From an uncultured delta proteobacterium (GTDB taxonomy: Bacteria; Myxococcota_A; Polyangia; Haliangiales; Haliangiaceae), in assembly GCA_963743525.1 (NCBI GenBank), contig CAVUQH010000003.1, positions 672,001-736,000 of the forward strand: DNA of 64,000 bases, read 5' to 3'. Position numbers and translations under genes: made by a program. Of the stretch, positions 47,301 through 56,440 are shown piece by piece. Numbering within the stretch: position 1 is the first letter of the stretch; each line of letters begins with the position of its first letter. Below the pieces are notes generated by a model. It saw only the letters and a program-made list of their open reading frames with translations, was not told where the DNA came from and made no database searches.

Positions 47301-47655
47301 GAGGAGATGCTCGCCAACGGCAAGAGCAAGGAAGAGATCCGCAAGCAGCTGCACCTCGAGCTGCAGGCGCGGAATCTCATCCAGGGCGCCGTCAACGTGG
47401 GCACGACGGTGCTGTCGCACCTCGGCATCGCCGAGGGGTCGCTCGCGGCATCCTTCCAGTTCGGCCTGTCCGGCGGAAAGTGGACCGATCGCTTCGACAT
47501 CATCTCGTTCGACCAAGATCGCCACGCCCGACTCGGTGCCGATCTTCGGCGCGGAGCTGTCGAAGGAGACCAAGCTGATCACCGCCGAGCATCAGGGCAA
47601 GGGCCGCCGCGCCTTCGCGTCGCCGGGCGTCCTTTCCGAGAGCAGCGAGACCTAG
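44306..47655 (+). CDS. Large DUF4157 (eCIS-core) protein, ~1100 aa, with two apparent +1 frameshifts (~46217, ~47508)
   Basis: [24 protein letters not shown]...[10 protein letters not shown]...[10 protein letters not shown]...LESEAD. GC3-biased reading continues in ORF 46179..47672, then in a third frame to TAG 47655. Confidence 0.75.
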
Positions 47656-47668
47656 TAGTCTCGACGCG

Positions 47669-48560
47669 ATGAACGCCGACGCCAGCACCGAGCGGCCGGT
47701 CGAAGTGACCTTCACCAGCGTCGGCGGTGTGCCGCTGCCGGCCACGATCGAGTCGTTCGCCGTTGACCTGCGCAAGACCGCGGCCGAGCCGTGCCGCATT
47801 CGCTTGTCCCTGGCGCCCGAGGTCTTCGCCGCCGCTGTCGAAGAACAGGCGTTCAACCTGTTCCCCGGCGCGCTGGTCGGCGACGGCCTGTCGTCGCTGT
47901 TCGACCGACAGCCGCGTCGTGGTCGACGCGCGACTGCGCGCGCCCGCCATCCGCGGGTTCGTCCGCCGACACGGCAGCCTGGATCGACTGTTCGAACAGC
48001 TCGCCACCGACGACGCCCTGCTGCGCGCCGACAGCTGGCTGGCGCTGACCATCGTCCAGGAGGTTGACCTGCCCGCCGAGATCGGCGACGGCGCCCACGC
48101 CTCCGTCGGCTGCGAGACGCTGTGGAATCAGCAGCCGTCGGCCGGGCTCCCTGCGGGCACGATCGCCGAGGTCGCACGTCGCACGCTGGCCGAGCTCGGT
48201 TACGACGTCACGCCCGTGGACGACCAGCTCTGTCGCGCGCTGATAGAGCAGGGCGGTCACAAATGGCCGCTCCTCGTCCATTGCGACGACGCCGAGCGGA
48301 CCTGCGTCTGCTGGTCGGTCTATCCGCGCCTGGCCGAACCGCAACAGCGACCCGCGGTGGCCGGCTTCCTCCTCGAGGTCAACTACGAGCTGTCGGTCGG
48401 CAGCTTCGAGATGGATCCCGCCGACGGCGAGATTCGCTTCCGGACCAGCATCGACGTCGGATCCGGAGCTCTCGACCCCGAGCTGTTCCGGCGGCTGGTC
48501 GCGCGCAACCTCGGCGGCATGGGCCGCGCCATCCCGCTCCTCGACGCCTATTTCGCCTAG
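47669..48560 (+). CDS. YbjN-domain (T3SS-chaperone fold) protein; +1 frameshift at ~47900
   Basis: C-terminal AVAGFLLEVNY.L.VGSFEMD..DGEIRFRTSIDV. Confidence 0.78.
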
Positions 48561-48594
48561 CCGGTTCGCCGGCAGATCGTGTTATCCGTAGAGG

Positions 48595-49185
48595 ATGGGC
48601 GGTCCCAAGAAGCCGACGCGCACGATGGACGAGTCCCACTCTCCCCGCTGGCGCGAGGAGTCGGACGTGTTGCGGCAGATCCTGCTCGACTGTGGCCTGC
48701 AGGAGGAGCGGAAGTGGGGCAAGCCGTGCTTCACCTGCGACGGCAACAACATCGCCATCATCCAGAAGATGAAGGCGTTCCTGGCGCTGATGTTCTTCAA
48801 CGGCGCGCTGCTGAAGGATGACCGCGGCGCGCTCAAATCACAGGGCCCGAACTCCCACGCGGCCCGGCGGCTCGAGCTGACGTCGATGGACGCGGTCCTC
48901 GAAGCGAAGCCGATCATCGGACGCTACGTCCGCGAGGCCATCGCCAACGACAAGGCCGGCCGGAAGGTGACCAAGAAGCAGCACGAGCTGGTCCTGCCCG
49001 AGGAGCTGAAGGCCCGATTCGCCCGCGATCCGGCGCTCGCCGCCGCCTTCGCTGCGCTCACGCCGGGCCGGCAACGCGGCTACAACCTACACTTCTCGGC
49101 GCCCAAGGGATCCGAGGCTCGCGCGCGCCGGATCGACAAATACGCGGCCAAGATTCTCAGCGGCAAGGGCTTCCACGACCACTGA
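48595..49185 (+). CDS. YdeI/OmpD-associated (DUF1801) protein
   Basis: KWGKPC, FFNGALLKD, FAALTPGRQRGY..HF..PK. Confidence 0.9.
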   Translation: MGGPKKPTRTMDESHSPRWREESDVLRQILLDCGLQEERKWGKPCFTCDGNNIAIIQKMKAFLALMFFNGALLKDDRGALKSQGPNSHAARRLELTSMDAVLEAKPIIGRYVREAIANDKAGRKVTKKQHELVLPEELKARFARDPALAAAFAALTPGRQRGYNLHFSAPKGSEARARRIDKYAAKILSGKGFHDH

Positions 49186-49186
49186 G

Positions 49187-50389
49187 TCAGGGGAAGACCA
49201 GCGTGTGCTCGCCCTGTAGCCCGCTGGCCTGGCAGGTCTTGTCCTTCGCCGTGATGAGCAGGCGGCCGCCCGACGTCAGTGTGGCGGCGCAGTTGAGCAA
49301 AATCGAGAACGAGTTGTCGTCGGGGTCGGCTTCGTCGCCCTCGTACGAGCTGAACAGATCGACCGAGTAGCAGCTCGGCTTTGCCGACGCGCCGACGCCG
49401 CAAACCGTGATGGTCTTGCCCTTTTCCATGGCATAGCGTCCCTCCTCGAAGGAGGTCTGGATGACCAGTCGGCCGTGCTCGTCGGTGAACGAATCGATGT
49501 TCCAGTCGTGATGATTTCCGCGGTTGACCAGGCGCGGCAAGACCCACAACCCATCGTCGCGTCCGAAGACCAGGCCCACGGCGGGCAGATCCTGGTGCAC
49601 ATCGGCGCCGTTCAACCACTCGATCGAGTCGAAGCCAGCCGGGGCAAGGGACGACTGATACGGAACATGGGCCTGGTTCGGGTTGTCGCCCTTCCACGAA
49701 CAGTAGGTCTCTTGCAGCCAGTCGGGGTTGGGTATGCCGATGGCTTCGCAGAACTCTCGCACCGACTTGTACGGACCCTTCAGCGGGGTCGCCCGCCACT
49801 CCGACGTGGGAACCTCTGCGCCCAGTGCCCGCAGTCGTTTGGCCACCACGCGGTGCGGCCGCAGTCGGTACGACCTCTGGTAGTCGGCAATGGCCGCGTC
49901 CTCGTTGCCCTCCTGCTCGTCGATGCGGCCCAGGTTGTACAGCGATGCGCCCACCAGCCCCGGGTTCGAGCCCGCGTTCCTCACCGATGACTCGGCCGCC
50001 TTGCGGGCGCCGGCCAGGTCGCCGGCCTCGAACGCAGCCCACGACAGCTCCGACAGGGCCACTGGATCTCCCGGGCGCGCCGCCTCCGCCGCGCGGAATG
50101 CGGTCGCGGCCTCGGCGGCCTTGCCGGCGTCGATCAGCCGGCGGCCCTGCTTCAACGCCTTGGCGTACGCCTTGGGATCGACCTTGCGCTTGCTCTCGCG
50201 GACCGGCGCCGCGCCCGCCGCCGGCTTCTTCGCCGGGTCGGCGGCGGGCCTGGCGACGCCCGGATCGGCGGCTTCGCCAGCCGCCGGGGCCGTCGTCGCT
50301 GCGGGCTGCTTGCCGCTGTCAGCGCTGCTCTTGCAGCCCGGCGCCAGCGCGAGGATTGCCACCAACACCGACCAGATCCTGCTTCCCAT
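49187..50389 (-). CDS. TPR-containing lipoprotein
   Basis: Lipobox APG-C; TPR ASLYNLGRI.E..G...AAI..Y.RS. Confidence 0.8.
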   Translation of the reverse strand: MGSRIWSVLVAILALAPGCKSSADSGKQPAATTAPAAGEAADPGVARPAADPAKKPAAGAAPVRESKRKVDPKAYAKALKQGRRLIDAGKAAEAATAFRAAEAARPGDPVALSELSWAAFEAGDLAGARKAAESSVRNAGSNPGLVGASLYNLGRIDEQEGNEDAAIADYQRSYRLRPHRVVAKRLRALGAEVPTSEWRATPLKGPYKSVREFCEAIGIPNPDWLQETYCSWKGDNPNQAHVPYQSSLAPAGFDSIEWLNGADVHQDLPAVGLVFGRDDGLWVLPRLVNRGNHHDWNIDSFTDEHGRLVIQTSFEEGRYAMEKGKTITVCGVGASAKPSCYSVDLFSSYEGDEADPDDNSFSILLNCAATLTSGGRLLITAKDKTCQASGLQGEHTLVFP

Positions 50390-50392
50390 GGG

Positions 50393-50469
50393 TTGACGCT
50401 ATCACCGTTGCGGTGTACAGTATTTCCAGAAAACTTCAGTTTGACTGGAACAGTCCGGTACGACAAAAT
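50393..50469 (+). promoter_or_regulatory. Two tandem sigma70-like promoters
   Basis: TTGACG-N17-TACAGT (50393-50421) and TTGACT-N17-CAAAAT (50441-50469). Confidence 0.5.
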
Positions 50470-50513
50470 GGACATATGCGGTCGTTCATTGGTCGCAGGG
50501 AAGGAAGAGGCAG

Positions 50514-50699
50514 GTGTACGACGCCGTGAAAGTGTTCAGCGCGACTCTGGCCAAGAAGCGTGCTGCCCTCGGTGAGGAAGTCACCGAATGGATCCGACGC
50601 AACCCGCGAGCCACGATCGTCAACAAGATCGTGACGCAGTCGTCGGACGCAGAGTTTCATTGCCTGACGATCACGCTCTTCTACCGCGAAGAAGACTAG
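50514..50699 (+). CDS. Small 61-aa hypothetical protein
   Basis: Purine-rich RBS; globular-looking VKVFSAT...VTQSSDAEFHCLTITLFY; own promoters. Confidence 0.75.
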   Translation: MYDAVKVFSATLAKKRAALGEEVTEWIRRNPRATIVNKIVTQSSDAEFHCLTITLFYREED

Positions 50700-50747
50700 A
50701 CGCGTCGCTGCGCAGCGTCGCGTCGGCGTCGTTGTTAGAGTCGGCGC

Positions 50748-51836
50748 ATGAGCGATGATCTCCAGGTTCGTCGGCGCACGCTGCGCGATGCCAGTCGCTG
50801 GTTGCACGGGCACGGCCCCAGCGAGCCGGGCCCGCTCATGCGCGAGGTCGCCGCGTGGTGCGACGCGCAGTCGGCCCGCTTCGACGTCTACGGCACCGGC
50901 GATCTGATCGAACAGTTCGAGGCGCGCGTCGCCGAGCTGCTCGGCTTTCCGGCCGCGCGTTTCTTCCCCAGCGGCACCATGGCGCAACAGATCGCGCTGC
51001 GGATCTGGAGCGACCGCGCCGGCAACGATCGGGTCGGCATGCATCCGACGTCGCACGTCGAGCTGCACGAGCAGCGCGGCTACGCCCACCTGCACCGGCT
51101 GCACGCGACGCTGGTGGGACCGATCGCCAGCCCGTTGGTTGCCGAACATTTCGCCGCTGTCGCCGAGCCGCTGGCCGCGCTGCTGATCGAGTTGCCGATC
51201 CGCGAGGCCGGCGGCCAGCTGCCGACGTGGGATCAGCTAACGGAGCTGAAGCAGGCGGTGGGCGATGGGCCGACGCGCTTGCACCTCGACGGCGCCCGGC
51301 TTTGGGAATGTGCCGCCTGGTTCGGCCGCAGCTACGCCGAGATCTGCGACGGGTTCGACTCGGTCTACGTGTCGTTCTACAAGGGCATCGGCGCGCTGCC
51401 CGGCGCCATGCTGCTGGGCGCGCGCGACTTCATCGATCAGGCGATCGTCTGGCAGCGACGGTGCGGCGGCAACCTGTACACCCTGGCGCCCAACGTGGCC
51501 TCGGCTGCCATGCTGCTCGATCGGCGGCTGGCCCGCATGCCCGACTACTACCGGCGGGCGCGCGAGATCGCCGGCGTCGTCAACGGCATCGATGGGCTCA
51601 CCGTTCTGCCGGCGCCGCCCCACACCAACATGATGCATGTCTTCGTTGCCCGCGATGCCGAGGCGGCGATGCTCGCCCGCGACCGGGTCGCCGAAGAGCA
51701 CCGGCTGTGGCTGTTCGGCGGCGCGCGCCCCGCCGACCTGCCCGGTCACTGCCGCTTCGAGCTATACGTCGGCGACGCCGCCCTCGCGCTCGACGACGAC
51801 ACCATCGGCGCCGGCTTCCGCGCCCTGATGGCCTGA
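50748..51836 (+). CDS. ltaE: Low-specificity threonine aldolase-like PLP enzyme
   Basis: FPSGTMAQ, HLDGARLWE, DSVYVSFYKG. Confidence 0.88.
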   Translation: MSDDLQVRRRTLRDASRWLHGHGPSEPGPLMREVAAWCDAQSARFDVYGTGDLIEQFEARVAELLGFPAARFFPSGTMAQQIALRIWSDRAGNDRVGMHPTSHVELHEQRGYAHLHRLHATLVGPIASPLVAEHFAAVAEPLAALLIELPIREAGGQLPTWDQLTELKQAVGDGPTRLHLDGARLWECAAWFGRSYAEICDGFDSVYVSFYKGIGALPGAMLLGARDFIDQAIVWQRRCGGNLYTLAPNVASAAMLLDRRLARMPDYYRRAREIAGVVNGIDGLTVLPAPPHTNMMHVFVARDAEAAMLARDRVAEEHRLWLFGGARPADLPGHCRFELYVGDAALALDDDTIGAGFRALMA

Positions 51837-51841
51837 GGTGA

Positions 51842-52149
51842 CTACGCGGGCTTGCGCAGCCGCCAGATCTGCTCCGACGGGAACTCTCGCGCCCACGCGG
51901 CGGAAACGGTGAATCGATCCTCGGTCGCGTCGGCGGGGGCGCGCAGCTCGACGTAGTCGACGATGTCGAAGCCGGTGCGGCGGAACAGCTGCACCCACTC
52001 GGAGATCGGCAGCTGGAACTCGATGCCTCCCGGCTCGTCGAGGTCAGGTCGTCGCGGCCCCAGCAGCGCTCGCCAGAGGCGACCCACTCGTCGGCCACGC
52101 CATCCCAGTAGCGGCGGTTGACCGCGACGTGCTCCGGCAGCTTCGTCAT
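51842..52149 (-). pseudogene. Class I SAM methyltransferase remnant with large internal deletion
   Basis: N-terminus MTKLPEHVAVNRRYWD...W joins out of frame to C-terminus EFQLPISEW..LFRRTGF...WAREFPSEQIW; no GxG SAM motif. Confidence 0.65.
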
Positions 52150-52152
52150 CGC

Positions 52153-52758
52153 TCAGGCCGGCTTCGACGCGGTGACCAGGAAGATCGAGTACCGCCGGTC
52201 CTCCTTGGTCACCTCGCACGCGGTGACGAAGCGAGGCTCGGCGAATCCGACCTCGGTCAGCAACCCGGCCAGCCCGTCACGATCGAAGCCCGAGTGGTAG
52301 ACGCCCACGGTCTCGGGCGGGTGGAAGTCGCCCTTTTCCGTGTCGAGGTCGGCCAGCGCGATCCGCCCGCCCGGCACGAGGTGCTGGTACAGCGCGCGGA
52401 ACAGGGCGCGGGTGTCCTCGACGTGGTGCATGGCCATCGCGCTGACCACCAGGTCGACCGTCCGCCCGAGCGGCGCGTCGATGATGTCCTGGCAGAAGAT
52501 CTCCACCTTGTCTCGGAGCTCTGGTTTCTTGGCCAGCTGCGCCAGCATGGCCGCCGACAGATCGACCGCCAGGATGCTCTTCACGCGCGGGGCGATCCGA
52601 TTCGACACCAGACCGGTGCCCGCGCCGAAGTCCATCACCGTCATCGTCGGTTGCAGGTTGACCTCCGCCGCGATGGCCGCAGAGACACCTTCGGAGATCT
52701 GCTGGGGCACCGGCCGACTGTCCCAGTCGGCTGCCTTGTCGTGAAAGTGGTCTTGCAT
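52153..52758 (-). CDS. Class I SAM-dependent methyltransferase
   Basis: MDFGAGTG, VDLS..ML, MAMHH, LVPGG; GGAG RBS. Confidence 0.93.
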   Translation of the reverse strand: MQDHFHDKAADWDSRPVPQQISEGVSAAIAAEVNLQPTMTVMDFGAGTGLVSNRIAPRVKSILAVDLSAAMLAQLAKKPELRDKVEIFCQDIIDAPLGRTVDLVVSAMAMHHVEDTRALFRALYQHLVPGGRIALADLDTEKGDFHPPETVGVYHSGFDRDGLAGLLTEVGFAEPRFVTACEVTKEDRRYSIFLVTASKPA

Positions 52759-52832
52759 GGTCACTTCTCCAGAACAGCGCAACTCTACCAGCGCCGATTG
52801 CTTTTTGTACTGCATCGTCTACTGTCTGACTC

Positions 52833-55826
52833 GTGCTCATCGAGGAGGGGGTGTTCGTCGGCCGCGGCGCCGAGCTTGCGGTTGGTGAACGCGCTGTCGC
52901 CCGTGCGCTCGCCGGCGAGGGCACGCTTCTCCTGTTGTCGGGCGAGGCCGGTCTGGGCAAGACGCGTCTCGCCCGGGCCATCGGCGCAGTCGCCGAGGAG
53001 CGCGGGGCCAGGCTGGTTTGGGGCCGGGCGTGGGAGAGTGGGGGCGCACCGTCGTACTGGCCGTGGATCCAGCTGTTTCGCGCCCTCGGTGCGCCCTCGG
53101 ACCCGTTCGCCGCTGACGAGGCCGATGGTGGCATCGAGGTGTCGCAGACGCGATTCACCCGCTTCGATCGCGCGGCGCGATGGCTGAGCGCGGCTGCTGA
53201 CGACCAGCCGATCATGATTGCGCTCGACGATCTACACGCCGCCGACGTGCCATCGCTGTTGTTCCTGCATTTCCTCGCCCGCGATCTGTATCGATCGCGG
53301 CTGCTCGTCGTCGGCACCTATCGCGACCCCGAGGCCAGGCTCGCCGGTGCCGCAGGCGAGTTGCTGGCCAAGATCTCGCGCGAGGGAACGACGATCGCGC
53401 TCGACCCACTGTCGCGGGATGACGTGCTGGCCTGGGTGTGCGCGGCGACCCGGGTTGACGTCGCGTCTGCGGGCGCCGAGGCCGAAGCCGACCGCATCCA
53501 CTCGATCACCGAGGGCAACGCGCTGTTCATTCACGAGCTGTTGCGAGTGCGCGGCGCGTCGAGCCCGGCGTTCGCCGCGAAGCTGCCGGGTATGCGCGCG
53601 CTCCTCGACGAGCACGTCGCGCGGCTGACAGCGAGCACACGCGAGGTGGTGGAAGTCGGCTCGGTGCTCGGGCGCGACGTGGATCCCCGACTGGTCGCGG
53701 CGGTCGCCGATCGACCGCTCAATCAGGTCGAGCAAGCGCTGCGCGAGGCCTGCGACGTCGGTCTGTTGGTCGAAGACGACGGACGGGTCTCGTTCGCGCA
53801 CATTCTGTTGCGCGAGAGGTTGTATGCCGAGGTGCCGCCGGCGCGGCGCGCCGAGCTCCACGGCGCGGTCGGGGAACGGCTCGTCGCCGACGGCGGGGAC
53901 CTGGCCACCGCGGCGCATCACTTGTTCCAAAGCTCGAGGCCGACCGAGCGGATCGCCGAGGTCGCCCGCGATGCAGCGCGCGTCGCGTTGGCCCGGCTGG
54001 CGTTCGAGGAAGCCGAGCGACTGTGCGAGCGCGCGCTGGCGGTGCACGAGGCAGACGACGCGCTGACGTTCCAGCTGCAGCTGGCGCTCGCCGAGGCGAT
54101 GGTGCGTGCTGGCAAGCGAGCCGAGGGCCGCGCCGTCTGCGCCCGCGTTGCCGAGCGCGCTCAACGACTCGGCTCGGCCGAGTGGCAGGCGCAGGCCGCG
54201 CTCGCGCTGGCGCTCGAGCAGGCCGCCGGCGCCGTCGATGCAACCATGGTCGAGACGCTGCGCGAGGCGCTGGAGGCACTGCCCGTGGCCGAAACGCCGC
54301 TTCGCGCCCGCTTGCTCGCCCGGTATGCCGGGTCGCTGACGCCGCCGCGGAGCGACGAGGACGCGGCCGCGGCGCGCGCCCACGGCGCCGAGGCGCTGGC
54401 TCTGGCGCGGCGTCTGGGCGATCCCGACACGCTGCTGTTCGCGCTGCACCACGGTGGGATCGGGCTGGGCTACCTGCTCTCGTTCCCCCAGCGCGCGGCG
54501 ATCATGAACGAGCTGTACGAGCTCGCCGACGGCCTCGGCCGGCCGCTGGTCAAGCTCCATCTCGGTGGCTGGCGCGTCGCCACCCTGCGCGAGCAGGGGC
54601 GTCTCGCCGACGCCGACGCCGTACTGCGCGACTACCAGCGTCTCGTCGACGAGGCGCCGCTGCCGCACTACCGGTGGCGGGTTCCGATGTTGCGAGCGAC
54701 GCTGGCGGCGCTCGAGTCGGACTTCGACAGCGCCGAGCGCCTGGCCGGCGATGCGCTCGCCATCGCCGAGGAGGGCGCGGTCGCCGCCGGACGCATCGCC
54801 TGGGCGATGTGTCGCGTCACGATCGCACAGCTCGGCGGCGAGCCGGAGTCGATCGCGCCGATTGCCGATCGGCTCGAGCCGATCGCCAGGCGAGTCCCGC
54901 CGTTGCACGCGTGGCTGTGCGCGGCGACCGGCCGGCGCGACGAGGCGCGGAGCGTGGTCGACCGGATGCTGGGCGGCGCCAGCTACTTCTCGTGGTCGCT
55001 GTTTTGCGCCGAGATTGCGTCGCTGGTCGACGACGCCGATCTCACCGCGCGCGCCTACGACGCCGTGCGCGTGCACGCCGGGGACAATTCTCTGCTGTGG
55101 GGACCGTCCGGCGTGGTGCTTTTCGGGCAGGCCCCGCGGGCGGCCGGCGATCTCGCCAGCCGCCTGGGTCGCAACGACGAGGCGCGTCGCTGGTACGACG
55201 CGGCCATCGCGCTGGGCGAGCGGATGAACGCGCCGGCACTGGTCGCGCTGGCCAGGAGGGGCCTGCCGTCACGCAGCGGCCACTCCGCGCCGCGGCGCGC
55301 GCACGAGCCGGGCATCACCGACATCGAGATCCAGCGCGACGGCGAGATGTGGCGGGTGTCGTCGTCGACTGGCAAGACGATGCGCCTCAAGGACTCCAAG
55401 GGGCTGTTCTATCTCAGCCACCTGGTCTCCGGTCCGCGGCAGGAGGTCCATGTCACCCAGCTCTCGGATCAGCCCGAGTCGTTCGGCGATGCCGGCGCGG
55501 TGCTCGATGCGCGGGCAAAGGCAGAGTACAAGCGGCGGGTCGAGGAGCTGCGCGACCGGTTGGAGGAGGCGCGCGCCTTCAACGACTTCGGCCGGGTTGA
55601 CCGACTCCAGGCCGAGCTCGAAGCGATCGCGGACCAGCTCGCGGCTGCGGTGGGGCTGGGCGGGCGAGATCGCAAGATGGGCTCCCACGCCGAGCGTGCC
55701 CGCATCAATATCCAGCGGCGCATCCGCGACGCCATCAAGCGCATCGCCAAGCACGATCCGGCCCTCGGCCGGTACCTGGACGCGACCGTCAAAACCGGAA
55801 TGTTCTGTATGTTTCTACCGGTTTAG
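52833..55826 (+). CDS. STAND-type AAA ATPase with helical repeats and C-terminal regulator-like domain
   Basis: GEAGLGKT, LDDLH, TEGNALF, FAH.L.RE.LY; C-terminal LDARAKAEY...ERARINI. Confidence 0.85.
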   Translation: MLIEEGVFVGRGAELAVGERAVARALAGEGTLLLLSGEAGLGKTRLARAIGAVAEERGARLVWGRAWESGGAPSYWPWIQLFRALGAPSDPFAADEADGGIEVSQTRFTRFDRAARWLSAAADDQPIMIALDDLHAADVPSLLFLHFLARDLYRSRLLVVGTYRDPEARLAGAAGELLAKISREGTTIALDPLSRDDVLAWVCAATRVDVASAGAEAEADRIHSITEGNALFIHELLRVRGASSPAFAAKLPGMRALLDEHVARLTASTREVVEVGSVLGRDVDPRLVAAVADRPLNQVEQALREACDVGLLVEDDGRVSFAHILLRERLYAEVPPARRAELHGAVGERLVADGGDLATAAHHLFQSSRPTERIAEVARDAARVALARLAFEEAERLCERALAVHEADDALTFQLQLALAEAMVRAGKRAEGRAVCARVAERAQRLGSAEWQAQAALALALEQAAGAVDATMVETLREALEALPVAETPLRARLLARYAGSLTPPRSDEDAAAARAHGAEALALARRLGDPDTLLFALHHGGIGLGYLLSFPQRAAIMNELYELADGLGRPLVKLHLGGWRVATLREQGRLADADAVLRDYQRLVDEAPLPHYRWRVPMLRATLAALESDFDSAERLAGDALAIAEEGAVAAGRIAWAMCRVTIAQLGGEPESIAPIADRLEPIARRVPPLHAWLCAATGRRDEARSVVDRMLGGASYFSWSLFCAEIASLVDDADLTARAYDAVRVHAGDNSLLWGPSGVVLFGQAPRAAGDLASRLGRNDEARRWYDAAIALGERMNAPALVALARRGLPSRSGHSAPRRAHEPGITDIEIQRDGEMWRVSSSTGKTMRLKDSKGLFYLSHLVSGPRQEVHVTQLSDQPESFGDAGAVLDARAKAEYKRRVEELRDRLEEARAFNDFGRVDRLQAELEAIADQLAAAVGLGGRDRKMGSHAERARINIQRRIRDAIKRIAKHDPALGRYLDATVKTGMFCMFLPV

Positions 55827-55881
55827 CCGCCATGGAACATTGTTCCGCGGGACAGAACGCGGATCGGTCATGGAGGCAAAC

Positions 55882-56340
55882 ATGACCAAACAACCCCTCA
55901 TTCTCAAGTCCGGCGAAGGTGAGACCGTTCACGCAATCGGCGCCAAGGTGACCTTCCTCTGCCAGGGGCGCGGCGACTGGTCGCTGGTGCACCTCAGGGC
56001 GCCGCTTCGCGGCGGGCCGCCGGCCCACGAGCACGACTTCGACGAAGCGTATTACGTGCTGTCCGGCTCGATTCGCATGACCGTGGGCGGCGAAGAGCTG
56101 CTCCTCGACGCCGGCGACTTCATCCACGTGCCCGGCGGAACGATCCACGGCTTCCAGGGGGCCTCCGATCCCCCCGCGCAGCTGTTGATCTTCCAGGCGC
56201 CGGGCGATGCCGGTGACTTCTTCCGCGACGTCGCGCGCGAGGTCACCAACATCCCGGCCGACCTGCCGCGGATCCCCGAGATCGGCGCGCGCCACGGCAT
56301 CCGCTTCCCGGCGTCGTCGTGCCACGCGCCCAAGCCCTGA
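55882..56340 (+). CDS. Cupin domain protein
   Basis: GPPAHEH..DEAYYVLSG...GDFIHVPGGTIHGF; GGAGG RBS. Confidence 0.9.
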   Translation: MTKQPLILKSGEGETVHAIGAKVTFLCQGRGDWSLVHLRAPLRGGPPAHEHDFDEAYYVLSGSIRMTVGGEELLLDAGDFIHVPGGTIHGFQGASDPPAQLLIFQAPGDAGDFFRDVAREVTNIPADLPRIPEIGARHGIRFPASSCHAPKP

Positions 56341-56440
56341 CCCGGCTGCCGTCGGGCGGTCTGCGCCGCGAATGAGCGAGACCGCCCGATCGGGTCGCCG
56401 TCCGGGATGATATCCTTCGGGGCTCCGGAATTTTCCACGG

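Noticed and set aside
47507..47513. Programmed +1 frameshifting at TTC-GAC
   Set aside because: The same in-frame TCG-TTC-GAC occurs in the intact FadL-like gene (~5001), and the USP case is in another phase; a sequencing artefact is simpler.
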